A stretch of 64,000 nucleotides of DNA from an uncultured Clostridia bacterium (GCA_947073045.1 CAMTJU010000005.1:2187-66186); one strand, 5' to 3'; counted from the stretch's first letter, positions 11,467 through 21,574 are shown. Numbers and translations are program-made. The notes: generated from the sequence alone by a model not told the origin.

Positions 11467-11502
11467 TTCTTTTGCTTACTTTTCTTTTAAAAGAAAAGTA
11501 AG
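11467..11502 (+). repeat. Palindromic dispersed repeat, copy 1
   Basis: TTCTTTTG followed by the perfect 28-bp palindrome CTTACTTTTCTTTT|AAAAGAAAAGTAAG (11475-11502). Confidence 0.85.
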
Positions 11503-11517
11503 AAGAGTATTTAAATT

Positions 11518-12132
11518 TTAGCATTCACAATCATTTTCAAAACACTTTGGTTTTTTAACGGGATGAATCTTTTTTCTATCAACTTCATTTTGTACGTACA
11601 TTAATGCTTCGCCAAAGCGTTGGAAATGTACAATTTCTCTTGCTCTCAAAAATCTTATTGGATCCATTACGTCTGGATCATCTATAAATCTCATTATATA
11701 CTCATAAGTTATGCGGGCCTTTTCTTCTGCCGCCATGTCTTCATACAAATCAACAACAGGATCGCCTGTCGATTGCAAATATGCAGCAGTAAATGGATTG
11801 CCAGCCGCATTTGCAGGATAAATACCGTCTCCATGATCTACATAATATGCATCAAGTCCACTCTCTTTTAATTGTTCGGTTGTCATGTCACGAGTAAGCT
11901 GGTGAACTATCGCTGCTACTATTTCTAAATGTGCTAGCTCTTCCGTGCCTATATCATTCAAGGTTGCTTTAGCTTGAGGAGTAAGCATAGTAAAGCGCTG
12001 GCTAAGATATCTCAATGATGCACCGATTTCTCCATCTGGTCCACCATACTGAGTTAGAATCAATTTAGCTAGAGCTGGATTAGTATTTTTTATTTTAACG
12101 GGATACTCCAATTTTTTTTCATATATCCACAT
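11518..12132 (-). CDS. cotJC: Spore coat manganese catalase-family protein CotJC
   Basis: MWIYEKKLEYPV, QYGGPDGE, DIGTEELAHLE and REIVHFQRF motifs. Confidence 0.95.
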   Translation of the reverse strand: MWIYEKKLEYPVKIKNTNPALAKLILTQYGGPDGEIGASLRYLSQRFTMLTPQAKATLNDIGTEELAHLEIVAAIVHQLTRDMTTEQLKESGLDAYYVDHGDGIYPANAAGNPFTAAYLQSTGDPVVDLYEDMAAEEKARITYEYIMRFIDDPDVMDPIRFLRAREIVHFQRFGEALMYVQNEVDRKKIHPVKKPKCFENDCEC

Positions 12133-12144
12133 TTTGTTGCCTCC

Positions 12145-12405
12145 TTATAAATTTTTATTGAATTTTTCTGACCACGGCCATGGATTATCTATCCACGTCC
12201 AGCATTCTCGACTTGGAGAACGAAATGAACACAGTGGTCCAAAAAATTTTTCGAATTTCGTGCGGCATCCATCTGCTTTATTTACTACTCGATTATATAA
12301 ATTTATCGCGCGCTCATCATTTGGATGAGTATTTAAATACAAACCTAAATCAACTGCTGCAAAATCTAAAATCATTATTTCTTTAAGAAGTTTGTCTCTA
12401 TCCAT
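12145..12405 (-). CDS. cotJB: Spore coat protein CotJB
   Basis: DLGLYLNTHP and WTWIDNPWPW motifs. Confidence 0.95.
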   Translation of the reverse strand: MDRDKLLKEIMILDFAAVDLGLYLNTHPNDERAINLYNRVVNKADGCRTKFEKFFGPLCSFRSPSRECWTWIDNPWPWSEKFNKNL

Positions 12406-12408
12406 TTT

Positions 12409-12606
12409 TTATAATTCCTCCTGCTTTGAATTTATTTGGCAATGGCATTTATTTTTCTCTGCCGGCTCGAATGGAAAATTCAGTTCTGGAAATATTGTCC
12501 CAAAATTAAATCCCTCTTCTAGCTCATAAATTTTCCCCATCTCTTGAAATGGAATGTATGCTTGTGCTAATCTTAGCTTGTGAGCAAAACATTGATTGAA
12601 ATTCAT
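12409..12606 (-). CDS. cotJA: Spore coat-associated protein CotJA
   Basis: LAQAYIPFQ...GTIFPEL motif; AGGAGG RBS. Confidence 0.9.
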   Translation of the reverse strand: MNFNQCFAHKLRLAQAYIPFQEMGKIYELEEGFNFGTIFPELNFPFEPAEKNKCHCQINSKQEEL

Positions 12607-12675
12607 TTTTGTCCTCCTTTTTGTTTAATGCTTACGTTTTTATATTATTCATAATCAAAAAAAAGGTGATGATAA

Positions 12676-14106
12676 ATGAGTACATTTCAGAAAAATTGTG
12701 TGACAGCTACAATAATTTTGTTTGTTAGTTATTTAGTTTTAGCAATGAGTTTGATGTACGTTATTCAGCAATTTTTACTTAAGAATGAAGAAAGAACATT
12801 AGTGCGTTATTGCAAAACGATTGCTAAATCATACTCGCAATTGTATGATGTAAAAAATTTATACTCGATTGATTTTCACAAAATTGAGGAAGAAATAAAA
12901 ATCCTTGATGATTACACAAGCATGAATTTTATTGTGGTTGACGATCAATTTAGAATATTGGTTACGGCGAGCAATTCAATTGCAAGTATCGGTGACAATA
13001 TAGAAGAAGAAATTTTTAATCAAGTAATGCAAGATAAAATAATAATTACGGAGCAGGGACTAAGTGGTATTTTCAATGAACAAGTTTTTGCAGTAGCTTA
13101 CCCAATTAAAATATGGGATAAAGTAGTTGGCGCCATAATCGTAAGTACTTCAATGCCTGTAATTCACGGTAACATTAAGCAAATTTCAACTTTAGTTGTT
13201 TTATGTCTTATAGTTTCATGCGCAATTTCTATGCTGATTATGTATACATTTACTAAAAGATTGTCTAGACCTATTGAAAAAATAAGTAAGGGCGCCAAAT
13301 TTTTTGCACAGGGTAATTTCGATAAACGCATAGAAATAGATTCAAATGATGAAATTGGAACTTTGGCAAAATGTTTGAATGATATGGCAGATGATTTAGA
13401 TAATCAAGAAAAAATACGTACTAAATTTATTTCTAATATATCTCATGATTTGCGTTCGCCTCTTACTTCTATTAACGGATTTTTACAAGCGTTACGTGAT
13501 GATGTTGTCCCAGAGGAAAAGCGTGTCCATTATCTAAATATTATTTATGATGAAACAAAACGTCTTCGCAAATTAGTTGACGATATTTTGGACATAAGTA
13601 AAGTATCTAATAAAGAAGTTAAATTAAACAAAAGTGTAAATGATATAAATGAGTTAATTGAAAAAACAGTAAAGACAATGTTGCCGCATTTTGAGTCAAA
13701 AAATATTACTGTTGAGAAAATATTTGAAAGTGAAAAATGTTATGCATTATTTGACTATGACAAAATACATCGTGTTTTATATAATCTTATAGATAATGCA
13801 TACAAGTTTACACCTGAAAACGGAATAATAAAATTAAGTGTGTATTCAAATGATAAAAATAAATATTGTGTGAGCGTAAAAGACAATGGCATTGGTTTAA
13901 AAGAAGAAGACCAAAGAAGAATTTTCGATAGATTTTACAAAACTGATTATTCACGCAGTGTAGATAAAGGTGGAAGTGGACTTGGCTTATCAATTGTGAA
14001 AGATTTTGTTAATGAACATAATGAAGAAATTGAATTACATAGTGCACATCATCAAGGTTGTGAATTTGTATTTACACTCGAAAAAGCAAATCAAATTGAG
14101 GAGTGA
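12676..14106 (+). CDS. HAMP-domain sensor histidine kinase (no adjacent response regulator)
   Basis: Two TM segments, HAMP, H-box SHDLRSPLT, N-box NLIDNAYKF, DNGIG and GSGLGLSI G-boxes. Confidence 0.93.
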   Translation: MSTFQKNCVTATIILFVSYLVLAMSLMYVIQQFLLKNEERTLVRYCKTIAKSYSQLYDVKNLYSIDFHKIEEEIKILDDYTSMNFIVVDDQFRILVTASNSIASIGDNIEEEIFNQVMQDKIIITEQGLSGIFNEQVFAVAYPIKIWDKVVGAIIVSTSMPVIHGNIKQISTLVVLCLIVSCAISMLIMYTFTKRLSRPIEKISKGAKFFAQGNFDKRIEIDSNDEIGTLAKCLNDMADDLDNQEKIRTKFISNISHDLRSPLTSINGFLQALRDDVVPEEKRVHYLNIIYDETKRLRKLVDDILDISKVSNKEVKLNKSVNDINELIEKTVKTMLPHFESKNITVEKIFESEKCYALFDYDKIHRVLYNLIDNAYKFTPENGIIKLSVYSNDKNKYCVSVKDNGIGLKEEDQRRIFDRFYKTDYSRSVDKGGSGLGLSIVKDFVNEHNEEIELHSAHHQGCEFVFTLEKANQIEE

Positions 14107-14111
14107 AACTC

Positions 14112-15095
14112 ATGAAAAAAATAGCAGTAATGGGAGCAGGAAGTTGGGGATGTGCATTAGCAATTTTACTCAATAAAAATGGACACGAGGTAAAATTATG
14201 GACACACACGCAAAATGAAGCAGATTCAATTAATTTAAATCATGAGAACAAGGAATATTTGCCTGGTATTGAAATTCCCAAAGAAATTTTTGTCTCGAGT
14301 GACAGCAATAAAGTTTTAAACGATGCAGAATATGTAATCATTGCTGTTCCATCAAAGTTTGTGCGTGAGAGCGTAAAAAAATTTTCAATCCAGCCATGCT
14401 CAATTATTATTAATGTTGCTAAAGGAATTGAAAACTCAACATTTTTAAGAATGTCGCAGATAATCAAAGAAATTGTAAATGGCTGCGATATAGTTACTCT
14501 TTCCGGTCCAACTCATGCTGAAGAAGTTTCGAGATTTTTACCGACTACATGCGTTGCGGCATCAGAAAATTTGCAAGCAGCATTGCAAGTACAAAAATTA
14601 TTTAATAACGAATTTTTCCGTGTTTATACAAGCTCAGATATAATTGGAGTAGAACTTGGCGGTACATTGAAAAATATTATTGCGCTAGCAGCGGGAGTTG
14701 CTGATGGACTTGGGTTTGGCGATAACACTAAAGCTGCTATTATAAACCGCGGTATATTGGAAATTGCAAGGTTTGGCGAAAAACTCGGTGCACGTACAGA
14801 AACTTTTTACGGATTAAGCGGAATGGGAGATTTACTTGTGACATGCATAAGTAATCACAGTCGAAACAGACGTGCAGGAATTTTGCTTGGTCAAGGATTA
14901 TCGCTTGATGAAACACTTAAAAAAGTTCATATGGTAGTTGAAGGTGTAAATTCTGCAAAATCTGTTAACGAATTGGCAAAAAAATTAAATGTAGATATGC
15001 CAATTGTGTCCGAGATAAATAAAATGTTATATGAAGGCAAATCGCCAAAGCAATCTGTTTTAGATTTAATGATGCGCGAGGCAAAAGAGGAATGA
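14112..15095 (+). CDS. gpsA: NAD(P)H-dependent glycerol-3-phosphate dehydrogenase
   Basis: GAGSWG Rossmann motif; SGPTHAEEV, GVELGGTLKN and GDLLVTC..HSRNR motifs. ATG 14112 is preferred, after GAGGAG. Confidence 0.96.
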   Translation: MKKIAVMGAGSWGCALAILLNKNGHEVKLWTHTQNEADSINLNHENKEYLPGIEIPKEIFVSSDSNKVLNDAEYVIIAVPSKFVRESVKKFSIQPCSIIINVAKGIENSTFLRMSQIIKEIVNGCDIVTLSGPTHAEEVSRFLPTTCVAASENLQAALQVQKLFNNEFFRVYTSSDIIGVELGGTLKNIIALAAGVADGLGFGDNTKAAIINRGILEIARFGEKLGARTETFYGLSGMGDLLVTCISNHSRNRRAGILLGQGLSLDETLKKVHMVVEGVNSAKSVNELAKKLNVDMPIVSEINKMLYEGKSPKQSVLDLMMREAKEE

Positions 15096-15129
15096 TTTAA
15101 AAACTAAACGTTTTTTTGGATTCGATTCA

Positions 15130-15214
15130 TGAAAAATTTTTAACAAAAAAAATCATGCAAAGCATGATTTTTTATTTTGAAGTTCTTTTGTTTCTTTTCT
15201 TTCAAGAAAAGAAA
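15130..15214 (+). repeat. Two-hairpin ~85-bp repeat element (terminator-like hairpin plus palindrome, copy 2)
   Basis: AAAATCATGC-aaa-GCATGATTTT, then AAGTTCTTTTG-TTTCTTTTCTT-tc-AAGAAAAGAAA; closely matches the reverse complement of 17163-17243. Confidence 0.85.
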
Positions 15215-15253
15215 AAATTTCTTTTAAGAAAAGATGAGAAAATAAAATAGGAG

Positions 15254-17143
15254 ATGTTTGTATTGAAAAAAAAACATATGAAAAAAAATAAACGATTGGA
15301 AAGAAAGAAACTTTCGCCAATCATAATTATTTGTGCATTAATGTTTCCGTTGTTTTTATTTTTGACGCTTGAGGTATTGAACACTGAAAGTGTTTTTGGT
15401 GCATACTTAAAAGTGTTTTCACACTGTTCATATACATTTCTTTCTTATATCGCAATTTCAGCATCAATGCTTATAATATTTTGCCTGTGCAATAATCTAT
15501 TTTTATCAGGATTTTTAACAAGCATTTTATTGTATATTTTCTACGTTGTAAACTTTTATCGCAAAGAAATTACAGGCTGGGCATTTGTTCCTGCAGATTT
15601 AGGATTCTTAAAAAATGCAGACAACCTCGCAAGCTTTGCTCATTTGAAATATCATATAAGAATTGGAGCTAGTGCCGCCGTCATAATATTTTTGCTCACA
15701 ATTTTATTCGTAGTATCGAAAAGAATCCATGTAAAATTCAAAAAAAGACTCAAAATTTTGCTGCCGACATTATTTATTTTTTGGTTCATGTTTTTCACAT
15801 CATTTGCAAAATTAAACATTATGCCACTGTTCGGGCTTGATTCGCGAATAAAACTTACTGTCAATCAAATCTATCAAAAATACGGTGTCATTATGGGTTT
15901 TTATGTTGGATACAATCAAGCCACAAATTTAAAGCCTGATAATTACAGCGAGGGCAAAATAAATGAGATTGCCGGTATTATCGAAAAAAATTATCAGCGC
16001 ACAGAAAATATCTTTAATACGCAAAATTATTCATCGCTCAAGCCAAATGTAATTATTATAATGAGTGAAGCATTTTCTGATCCGACACGTTGGTCAAATA
16101 TAAATTTTTCTGATGAACCAATCCCGACTCTCAAAAAACTTCAATCCGAAAGTATTTTTGGCAATATAATTTCACCAGTCTTTGGTGGTTCAACTTGCAA
16201 TGTTGAATACGAATTCAATACTTGTAACTCACTTTATTTTTTTAAGAGCGGCGTTGTTCCATACGAAGAAATGGCTACATATTTTACAAATGAGAATATG
16301 GTGACAGTGCCTAAATTACTTAAAGCAAATGGCTATAAAACAATTGGTCTGCATACATACGAAGGAACTTTCTTTAACCGCGACAAAATTTATCCGTTAT
16401 TGGGATTTGATGAATTTATATCGGCTAAGGATATGAAAAATGCTGAAATAAAAGGAAATTATATCTCGGATAAATATTTTACTGACAGATTAATTAAAAT
16501 TTTGGAACAAAAAGATTCACCATTATTTTTGTACGGTATTACAATGGAAAATCATTACCCATTTCAACCTAAAAAGTTTGATGAGCCGGACCCAATTAAA
16601 TCGTCAAGCAAATTGCTTACAGAAAATCAACTTGCATCCGTAGATTCATATTTGCATGGAATAAATGATGCCGATCAGCAATTGAAACGCATTACAGATT
16701 ATCTGAAGAATTTTGACGAGCCTACTATTGTTATATTTTTTGGCGATCATTTGCCAATACTTGCTGATTCAGGATTTGGAGTGTATGCAGATTTGAAATA
16801 TATTCCTTCAACTGATAATTTAAATTGGAGCGCAGAGGACTATTATAAAATGTACACAACTCCTTATTTAATCTGGAACAATTTTGACAATAAAAACATA
16901 AATTTGGGTGATATAAGCCCATATTTTTTAAGCAATTATCTGTTAGACATGGTAGGGATTGAAAAACCGGTCCGCTTTAAATTTATGAATATAGCATACG
17001 AAAAATTTCATGGTCTAAAAGAAAATTTGTTTATTGACGCGCAGGGCAAAAAATTCAATGTTGTGCAAAACGAAAACATTGCAAATATGTTTTGGAATCT
17101 TCAATATGATTCGATATGGGGACAAAAATATTTGAAAAATTAA
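15254..17143 (+). CDS. LTA synthase family (membrane sulfatase-like) protein
   Basis: N-terminal TM block; PNVIIIMSEAF, GGSTCNVEYE (catalytic Thr), TMENHYPF and FFGDHLP motifs. Confidence 0.9.
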   Translation: MFVLKKKHMKKNKRLERKKLSPIIIICALMFPLFLFLTLEVLNTESVFGAYLKVFSHCSYTFLSYIAISASMLIIFCLCNNLFLSGFLTSILLYIFYVVNFYRKEITGWAFVPADLGFLKNADNLASFAHLKYHIRIGASAAVIIFLLTILFVVSKRIHVKFKKRLKILLPTLFIFWFMFFTSFAKLNIMPLFGLDSRIKLTVNQIYQKYGVIMGFYVGYNQATNLKPDNYSEGKINEIAGIIEKNYQRTENIFNTQNYSSLKPNVIIIMSEAFSDPTRWSNINFSDEPIPTLKKLQSESIFGNIISPVFGGSTCNVEYEFNTCNSLYFFKSGVVPYEEMATYFTNENMVTVPKLLKANGYKTIGLHTYEGTFFNRDKIYPLLGFDEFISAKDMKNAEIKGNYISDKYFTDRLIKILEQKDSPLFLYGITMENHYPFQPKKFDEPDPIKSSSKLLTENQLASVDSYLHGINDADQQLKRITDYLKNFDEPTIVIFFGDHLPILADSGFGVYADLKYIPSTDNLNWSAEDYYKMYTTPYLIWNNFDNKNINLGDISPYFLSNYLLDMVGIEKPVRFKFMNIAYEKFHGLKENLFIDAQGKKFNVVQNENIANMFWNLQYDSIWGQKYLKN

Positions 17144-17162
17144 TTTTGGTTTAAAAACTTCT

Positions 17163-17243
17163 CTTATTTTCTTGAAATAAAATAAGCAAAAGAACTTTAA
17201 AATAAAATCACGCATCGCGTGATTTTTTTGTTAAAGTTTTTTC
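17163..17243 (-). repeat. Two-hairpin repeat element (copy 3), inverted relative to copy 2
   Basis: Minus strand reads TGAAAAAACTTTAACAAAAAAATCACGC-gat-GCGTGATTTTATTTTAAAGTTCTTTTG-CTTATTTT-atttcaag-AAAATAAG. Confidence 0.85.
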
Positions 17244-17258
17244 AAAAAAGATTAAGTC

Positions 17259-17537
17259 TTATTTTTTAGAAACTTTGTCAAATATTTCGTCTATAACATA
17301 TAAAAGTGAATTTGGAGTAACGTTTTTGTCCGCCAAAATTTCTATAATTTTCATTGCTTTTTCATGTGAGTTGGTAAATTTTCGCACGATTTCATGTGTT
17401 TTAAGATTCAATTTGTCATGGAGTTCAATTTCAATACCGTATGCAGTTTCGTTTTCACAAGTAATCTCTTTAATTATGTAATATTTGGCAAGATAATCAT
17501 CAGAAATTTTTTTCTCAATAATAACTTTTTTAGACAT
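17259..17537 (-). CDS. Conserved clostridial small protein (DUF6514-like)
   Basis: YGIEI...IIEILADKNVTPNSLLYVIDE pattern; ATG 17537 with AAAGGAGA RBS. Confidence 0.65.
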   Translation of the reverse strand: MSKKVIIEKKISDDYLAKYYIIKEITCENETAYGIEIELHDKLNLKTHEIVRKFTNSHEKAMKIIEILADKNVTPNSLLYVIDEIFDKVSKK

Positions 17538-17627
17538 AAATATATCTCCTTTAACTTTTTTATCCAATCACAATTATATATACTGGAAAAATATGTGTAA
17601 AGGAGCAAATTCTCCTAAAATTCTACA

Positions 17628-17661
17628 AAAAATGAGCTTTAATTCAATAAAGCTCATTTTT
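17628..17661. terminator. Intrinsic terminator
   Basis: AAAAATGAGCTTT-aattcaat-AAAGCTCATTTTT. Confidence 0.65.
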
Positions 17662-17713
17662 AATGACTAAATCGTACATTTTGTTTTTTATGTATGATTA
17701 CAAAATGTATTAT

Positions 17714-18034
17714 TTAATCAAACAATTCCACATCTAAATTTTTGGCAATTCCTGAATAAATTTGCCGCATGCATTGCGTCATTTCCAATTCTTTTTGAAG
17801 AAACAAACGCGTATTTTCCCGTAACATCAGTTTTGAATACATATTGCTTAAAATTTTTTCATATTCAAAATTTTTATCTGCCTCCACAAATTTGGCATAT
17901 AAATTCTTGAACTCCGTTAACAGTTTTGTATCCTCTGTATCAAGATTTTTTTTGGCATATAAATAATTTTGGTAAACATCGCTGTCTACCAAAATTTTAT
18001 TTAATTTCTCTACACATTCTAATATTTCGTTCAT
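17714..18034 (-). CDS. YlbF/YmcA (Com_YlbF) family regulator
   Basis: 106-aa helical protein with SDVYQNYLYAK and FLQKELE patterns; follows rnj. Confidence 0.65.
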   Translation of the reverse strand: MNEILECVEKLNKILVDSDVYQNYLYAKKNLDTEDTKLLTEFKNLYAKFVEADKNFEYEKILSNMYSKLMLRENTRLFLQKELEMTQCMRQIYSGIAKNLDVELFD

Positions 18035-18051
18035 AAAAAAATTCCCTTTCT

Positions 18052-19728
18052 TTATGACTGCACATCAACTAATATAGGCAAAATCATTGGTCGGCGTTTT
18101 GTATTTTGCCACAAATAACGATTCAATGTATCGCGTATCAAAGCTTTTACCATTAACCATTGCTCTCTTATGTTTCCATCCACATTATCTAATGCCTGGG
18201 CAACGACGCGCTTTGCACCCGATATTAAATATTCCGATTCCTTGACATACACAAAACCTCTTGTAATTACGTCCGGCCCTGTTACAAGCAAGCCTGTATC
18301 ACGCTGTACGCCCAATATCACAATCATTAATCCGTCTTCTGCCAAAATTTTTCTATCGCGCAATACAACATTGCCAACATCGCCTATTCCCAATCCATCT
18401 ACTAATACTTGACCCGCAGGAACAATGCCGTTTATACGCGCATCTTTTTTATCAATCTCGAGAACATCGCCTATATTCATTAAAAACACATTTCGTTTAT
18501 CCATTCCTAGTGATACTGCCAAATCCTTGTGCTTTTTCAAATGTCTGTATTCGCCATGGACAGGCATTAAATATTTTGGCTTGAGCAATACATGCAATAA
18601 TTTTATTTCTTCTTGTTTTGCGTGACCAGAAACATGTACCTCCATCAATTTTTCATATACAACTTCTGCCCCGAGTTTCAATAATCCATCAATTACTTTT
18701 GATATAGCTTTCTCATTTCCCGGAATAGATGAGGCGCTTATTATAATTTTATCACCGGGCAAAACCTCAATTTGTTTGTGATCGTGCGAAACCATTCTCG
18801 CTAGAGCAGACATTTCTTCGCCTTGACTACCTGTTGTGATAATAACTAATCGTTCAGGTGGATAATTTTTTATTTGTGCTGTTTCTATCAAAATATTTGA
18901 TGGTATATTTAAATATCCAAGTTCAGCAGCAGTTCTAACTGCACTTATCATACTTCTTCCAGCTATTACAACTTTGCGTCTGTGTTTAAAAGCTGAGTTT
19001 ATTATTTGTTGTATACGATGTATGTTTGACGAAAAAGTTGCTATCATTAATCTTTGTTTGGGCGATTCTTCAAATATTCTTTCTAAGATATCGCCGACTG
19101 TTTTTTCTGAAAGTGTATACCCTTTTGATTCTACATTTGTACTTTCGCATAAAAAAAGTAATACTCCGCGTTTTCCAATTTCAGCAAAGCGTTGTAAATC
19201 AATAGGCTTACCTTCTATCGGAGTATAGTCAACTTTAAAATCTCCAGAATGCACAACCATACCAAGCGGAGTATTTATTGCAAGCGCAACAGAATCAGCA
19301 ATACTATGATTAGTGCGTATAAATTCTACACTAAAAGTGCCAAATTTAACAATTTGACCTGCAGACACACAAAAATGCATGTCAGGATAATAAACATTAT
19401 GCTCACGCAATTTATTTTTTAATAGACCTAAAGTTAATTTAGTTCCGTAAATTGGAACCTTAACATGACGCAATAAATAACTTACTGCGCCAATATGGTC
19501 TTCGTGACCATGAGTTAAAATAAGTGCACGAATTTTATTTTTGTTAGCAATAAGGTATGAGAAATCAGGGATAACTAAATCGATACCAAACATATCGTCT
19601 TCAGGGAAAGCCAAACCGCAATCTACAATTAATATATCATTTCCGTATTCAAATACAGTAATATTTTTACCAATTTCATTTAAGCCTCCAAGCGGAATAA
19701 TTTTAAGCTTGGAGTTTTTTAGTGTCAA
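18052..19728 (-). CDS. rnj: Ribonuclease J
   Basis: PLGGLNEIGKN, THGHEDHIG, HSGDFK, TGSQGE, HVSGHA and PVHGE motifs. Confidence 0.97.
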   Translation of the reverse strand: MTLKNSKLKIIPLGGLNEIGKNITVFEYGNDILIVDCGLAFPEDDMFGIDLVIPDFSYLIANKNKIRALILTHGHEDHIGAVSYLLRHVKVPIYGTKLTLGLLKNKLREHNVYYPDMHFCVSAGQIVKFGTFSVEFIRTNHSIADSVALAINTPLGMVVHSGDFKVDYTPIEGKPIDLQRFAEIGKRGVLLFLCESTNVESKGYTLSEKTVGDILERIFEESPKQRLMIATFSSNIHRIQQIINSAFKHRRKVVIAGRSMISAVRTAAELGYLNIPSNILIETAQIKNYPPERLVIITTGSQGEEMSALARMVSHDHKQIEVLPGDKIIISASSIPGNEKAISKVIDGLLKLGAEVVYEKLMEVHVSGHAKQEEIKLLHVLLKPKYLMPVHGEYRHLKKHKDLAVSLGMDKRNVFLMNIGDVLEIDKKDARINGIVPAGQVLVDGLGIGDVGNVVLRDRKILAEDGLMIVILGVQRDTGLLVTGPDVITRGFVYVKESEYLISGAKRVVAQALDNVDGNIREQWLMVKALIRDTLNRYLWQNTKRRPMILPILVDVQS

Positions 19729-19754
19729 TCAAAAACACCTCCATAAGTTTAATG

Positions 19755-20501
19755 TTATTCTTCACTATCTTCCTCATTGTCTTCATCATCGAATTGATTT
19801 TCAAATAAATCAATAATACGTTCGAGTTCGTCATCATCTTCAACGATGTGGTAATCAACATTTTCATCGTCATCAGAATAAATTTCTTTTAGAACGACAA
19901 CATCTTGTTCATCGTCTACTTGCTCAAGGTCTTCACTAACTATAAGATATCTTTCGTCATCATCTTCAACTGTTCCCAAGACAAAAAGTTCTTGCTCATT
20001 GCCATCATCATCAAACATAACAATAATATTATTTTGCTCATCTTCAAAATTATCATAATCCATTTTTTTATCCTCCTTAATTTTCAAATAATCAAGATAA
20101 CCCTGTAAGATAAAAACAGCAGCCATTTTATCAATAATTTTTTTTTGATTAAAGGAATTTACGCCAGCAAAACTCAAATTTTTGCTTGCTGCTAGCGAAC
20201 TTAATCTCTCATCCCAAAGAATAATTTTAGTATCAGGAAAAGCTTTTTGAAGTATTTTTTGGAAATTCAAAGTTTTTTCACATTGTATACCGCAAGTATT
20301 GTTCAAATTTTTTGGCAGTCCAATAACAATTTCACCAATGTCATATTCATTAATAATACAGCGCAATCGTTCAATCTCGAAATTAAATTTGTTAGCTGAT
20401 TTTCTTTTGATAATCTCCAGAGCGTAAGCAATTAATTTTAATTCGTCACTCAACGCTATGCCAATAGTCTTGTCGCCGTAATCTAATCCAAGCAAGCGCA
20501 T
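19755..20501 (-). CDS. ruvX: RuvX/YqgF nuclease fused in-frame to a DUF1292-like acidic domain
   Basis: LGLDYGDKTIGIA, GLP, WDERLSS and DKMAAVFILQGYLD motifs, then with no stop an acidic ~102-aa domain that has its own AAGGAGGA RBS and ATG at 20063. Confidence 0.88.
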   Translation of the reverse strand: MRLLGLDYGDKTIGIALSDELKLIAYALEIIKRKSANKFNFEIERLRCIINEYDIGEIVIGLPKNLNNTCGIQCEKTLNFQKILQKAFPDTKIILWDERLSSLAASKNLSFAGVNSFNQKKIIDKMAAVFILQGYLDYLKIKEDKKMDYDNFEDEQNNIIVMFDDDGNEQELFVLGTVEDDDERYLIVSEDLEQVDDEQDVVVLKEIYSDDDENVDYHIVEDDDELERIIDLFENQFDDEDNEEDSEE

Positions 20502-20503
20502 AA

Positions 20504-20773
20504 TTAAAAATTATTTTCTGCCAAATAAAAATTCACGATTTCTTCAAGAATTTCGTCGCATTCAAATCTACTTATTAAATTGCGGGCATTATTGTGTGCA
20601 GTAATGTAAGTTGGATCACCAGAGAGTATATATCCTACAAATTGATTAGTAGGATTATAACCTTTTTCTTTTAGGGAATTATAGACTTTGCCAATGGTTT
20701 CGCTAAGTTCATTTTTTACTGATTTATCCATAGCAGAAAATTTTTGTGTATGAGAAAATTTTTCATCTTGCAT
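20504..20773 (-). CDS. ireB: IreB/ReoM (UPF0297) regulatory phosphoprotein
   Basis: [27 protein letters not shown] motif. Confidence 0.93.
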   Translation of the reverse strand: MQDEKFSHTQKFSAMDKSVKNELSETIGKVYNSLKEKGYNPTNQFVGYILSGDPTYITAHNNARNLISRFECDEILEEIVNFYLAENNF

Positions 20774-20871
20774 TAAACCACTCCCGATATATAATGTAAT
20801 CCATTATTACCCCTTATATTATACCAATAGAAAATATATTATGCAAGAATGTATAAATTAGGCAAAAATTT

Positions 20872-21336
20872 TCAACCATTTTCAGTATCAGAGCTAGATT
20901 CATCAGAATTATTGGAAACTTTAGGTATATCTTCTGATATTGGCTTTGCTTTGAGTGAATTTATTTTTTCTTCCAGTGAATTAATTTTGGAATACATTTT
21001 GAACATGTCATTTTCATCTATGTTTGAAAGATATTTTCTAACAAGTGCTTTGTAATCGTTGTTGAAAGAATCAATAATATTTTTTTGTTGCGTGAGTATA
21101 CTTTGCATTTGCTCAAGTTTTTCTTGCGTTTGGGAAAGCATTTGATTAGCTTTGACATTTGCTTCGCAAATAATATTATCAGCGGCAACTTGCGCGCTTA
21201 TAATTGCATTATTAATAGCATTGTCTTTTTGTTTGTATGATTTAAGAATTTCCTCCATTTTTTCTATATATTCATCAACTTGCGTAGGATCGTAACCTTT
21301 TTTTACATACGAAAATTTATCGAACAATTGAATCAA
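20872..21336 (-). CDS. DivIVA-domain protein
   Basis: N-terminal KF..VKKGYDPTQVDEYIE followed by coiled coil. Confidence 0.8.
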   Translation of the reverse strand: MIQLFDKFSYVKKGYDPTQVDEYIEKMEEILKSYKQKDNAINNAIISAQVAADNIICEANVKANQMLSQTQEKLEQMQSILTQQKNIIDSFNNDYKALVRKYLSNIDENDMFKMYSKINSLEEKINSLKAKPISEDIPKVSNNSDESSSDTENG

Positions 21337-21574
21337 CCTCCTATTTATAATAATTTACAATAAAAGTTATTATATAACAACGAACACGAAAGTACAAACA
21401 TAAAAAGAAATTTAAAATTTGGCAGCTTATTTTAAAAAAGTGAGTGGTCATTGAAAATATTTGTTTGAATCAAAAAGCAAGCTTTATTAAAAATGTGCAC
21501 AAAAAAAGAACCGTCGTTATTAAACATTTAAATTTAATAGCTTCGGTTCATTTTTTATATTCTTAATTAATTTT

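Noticed and set aside
21340-21560. Intergenic region between secF and the DivIVA-like gene as a riboswitch or sRNA
   Set aside because: Only a long terminator-like hairpin (GAACCG...CGGTTC) is evident; no recognisable riboswitch or T-box motif
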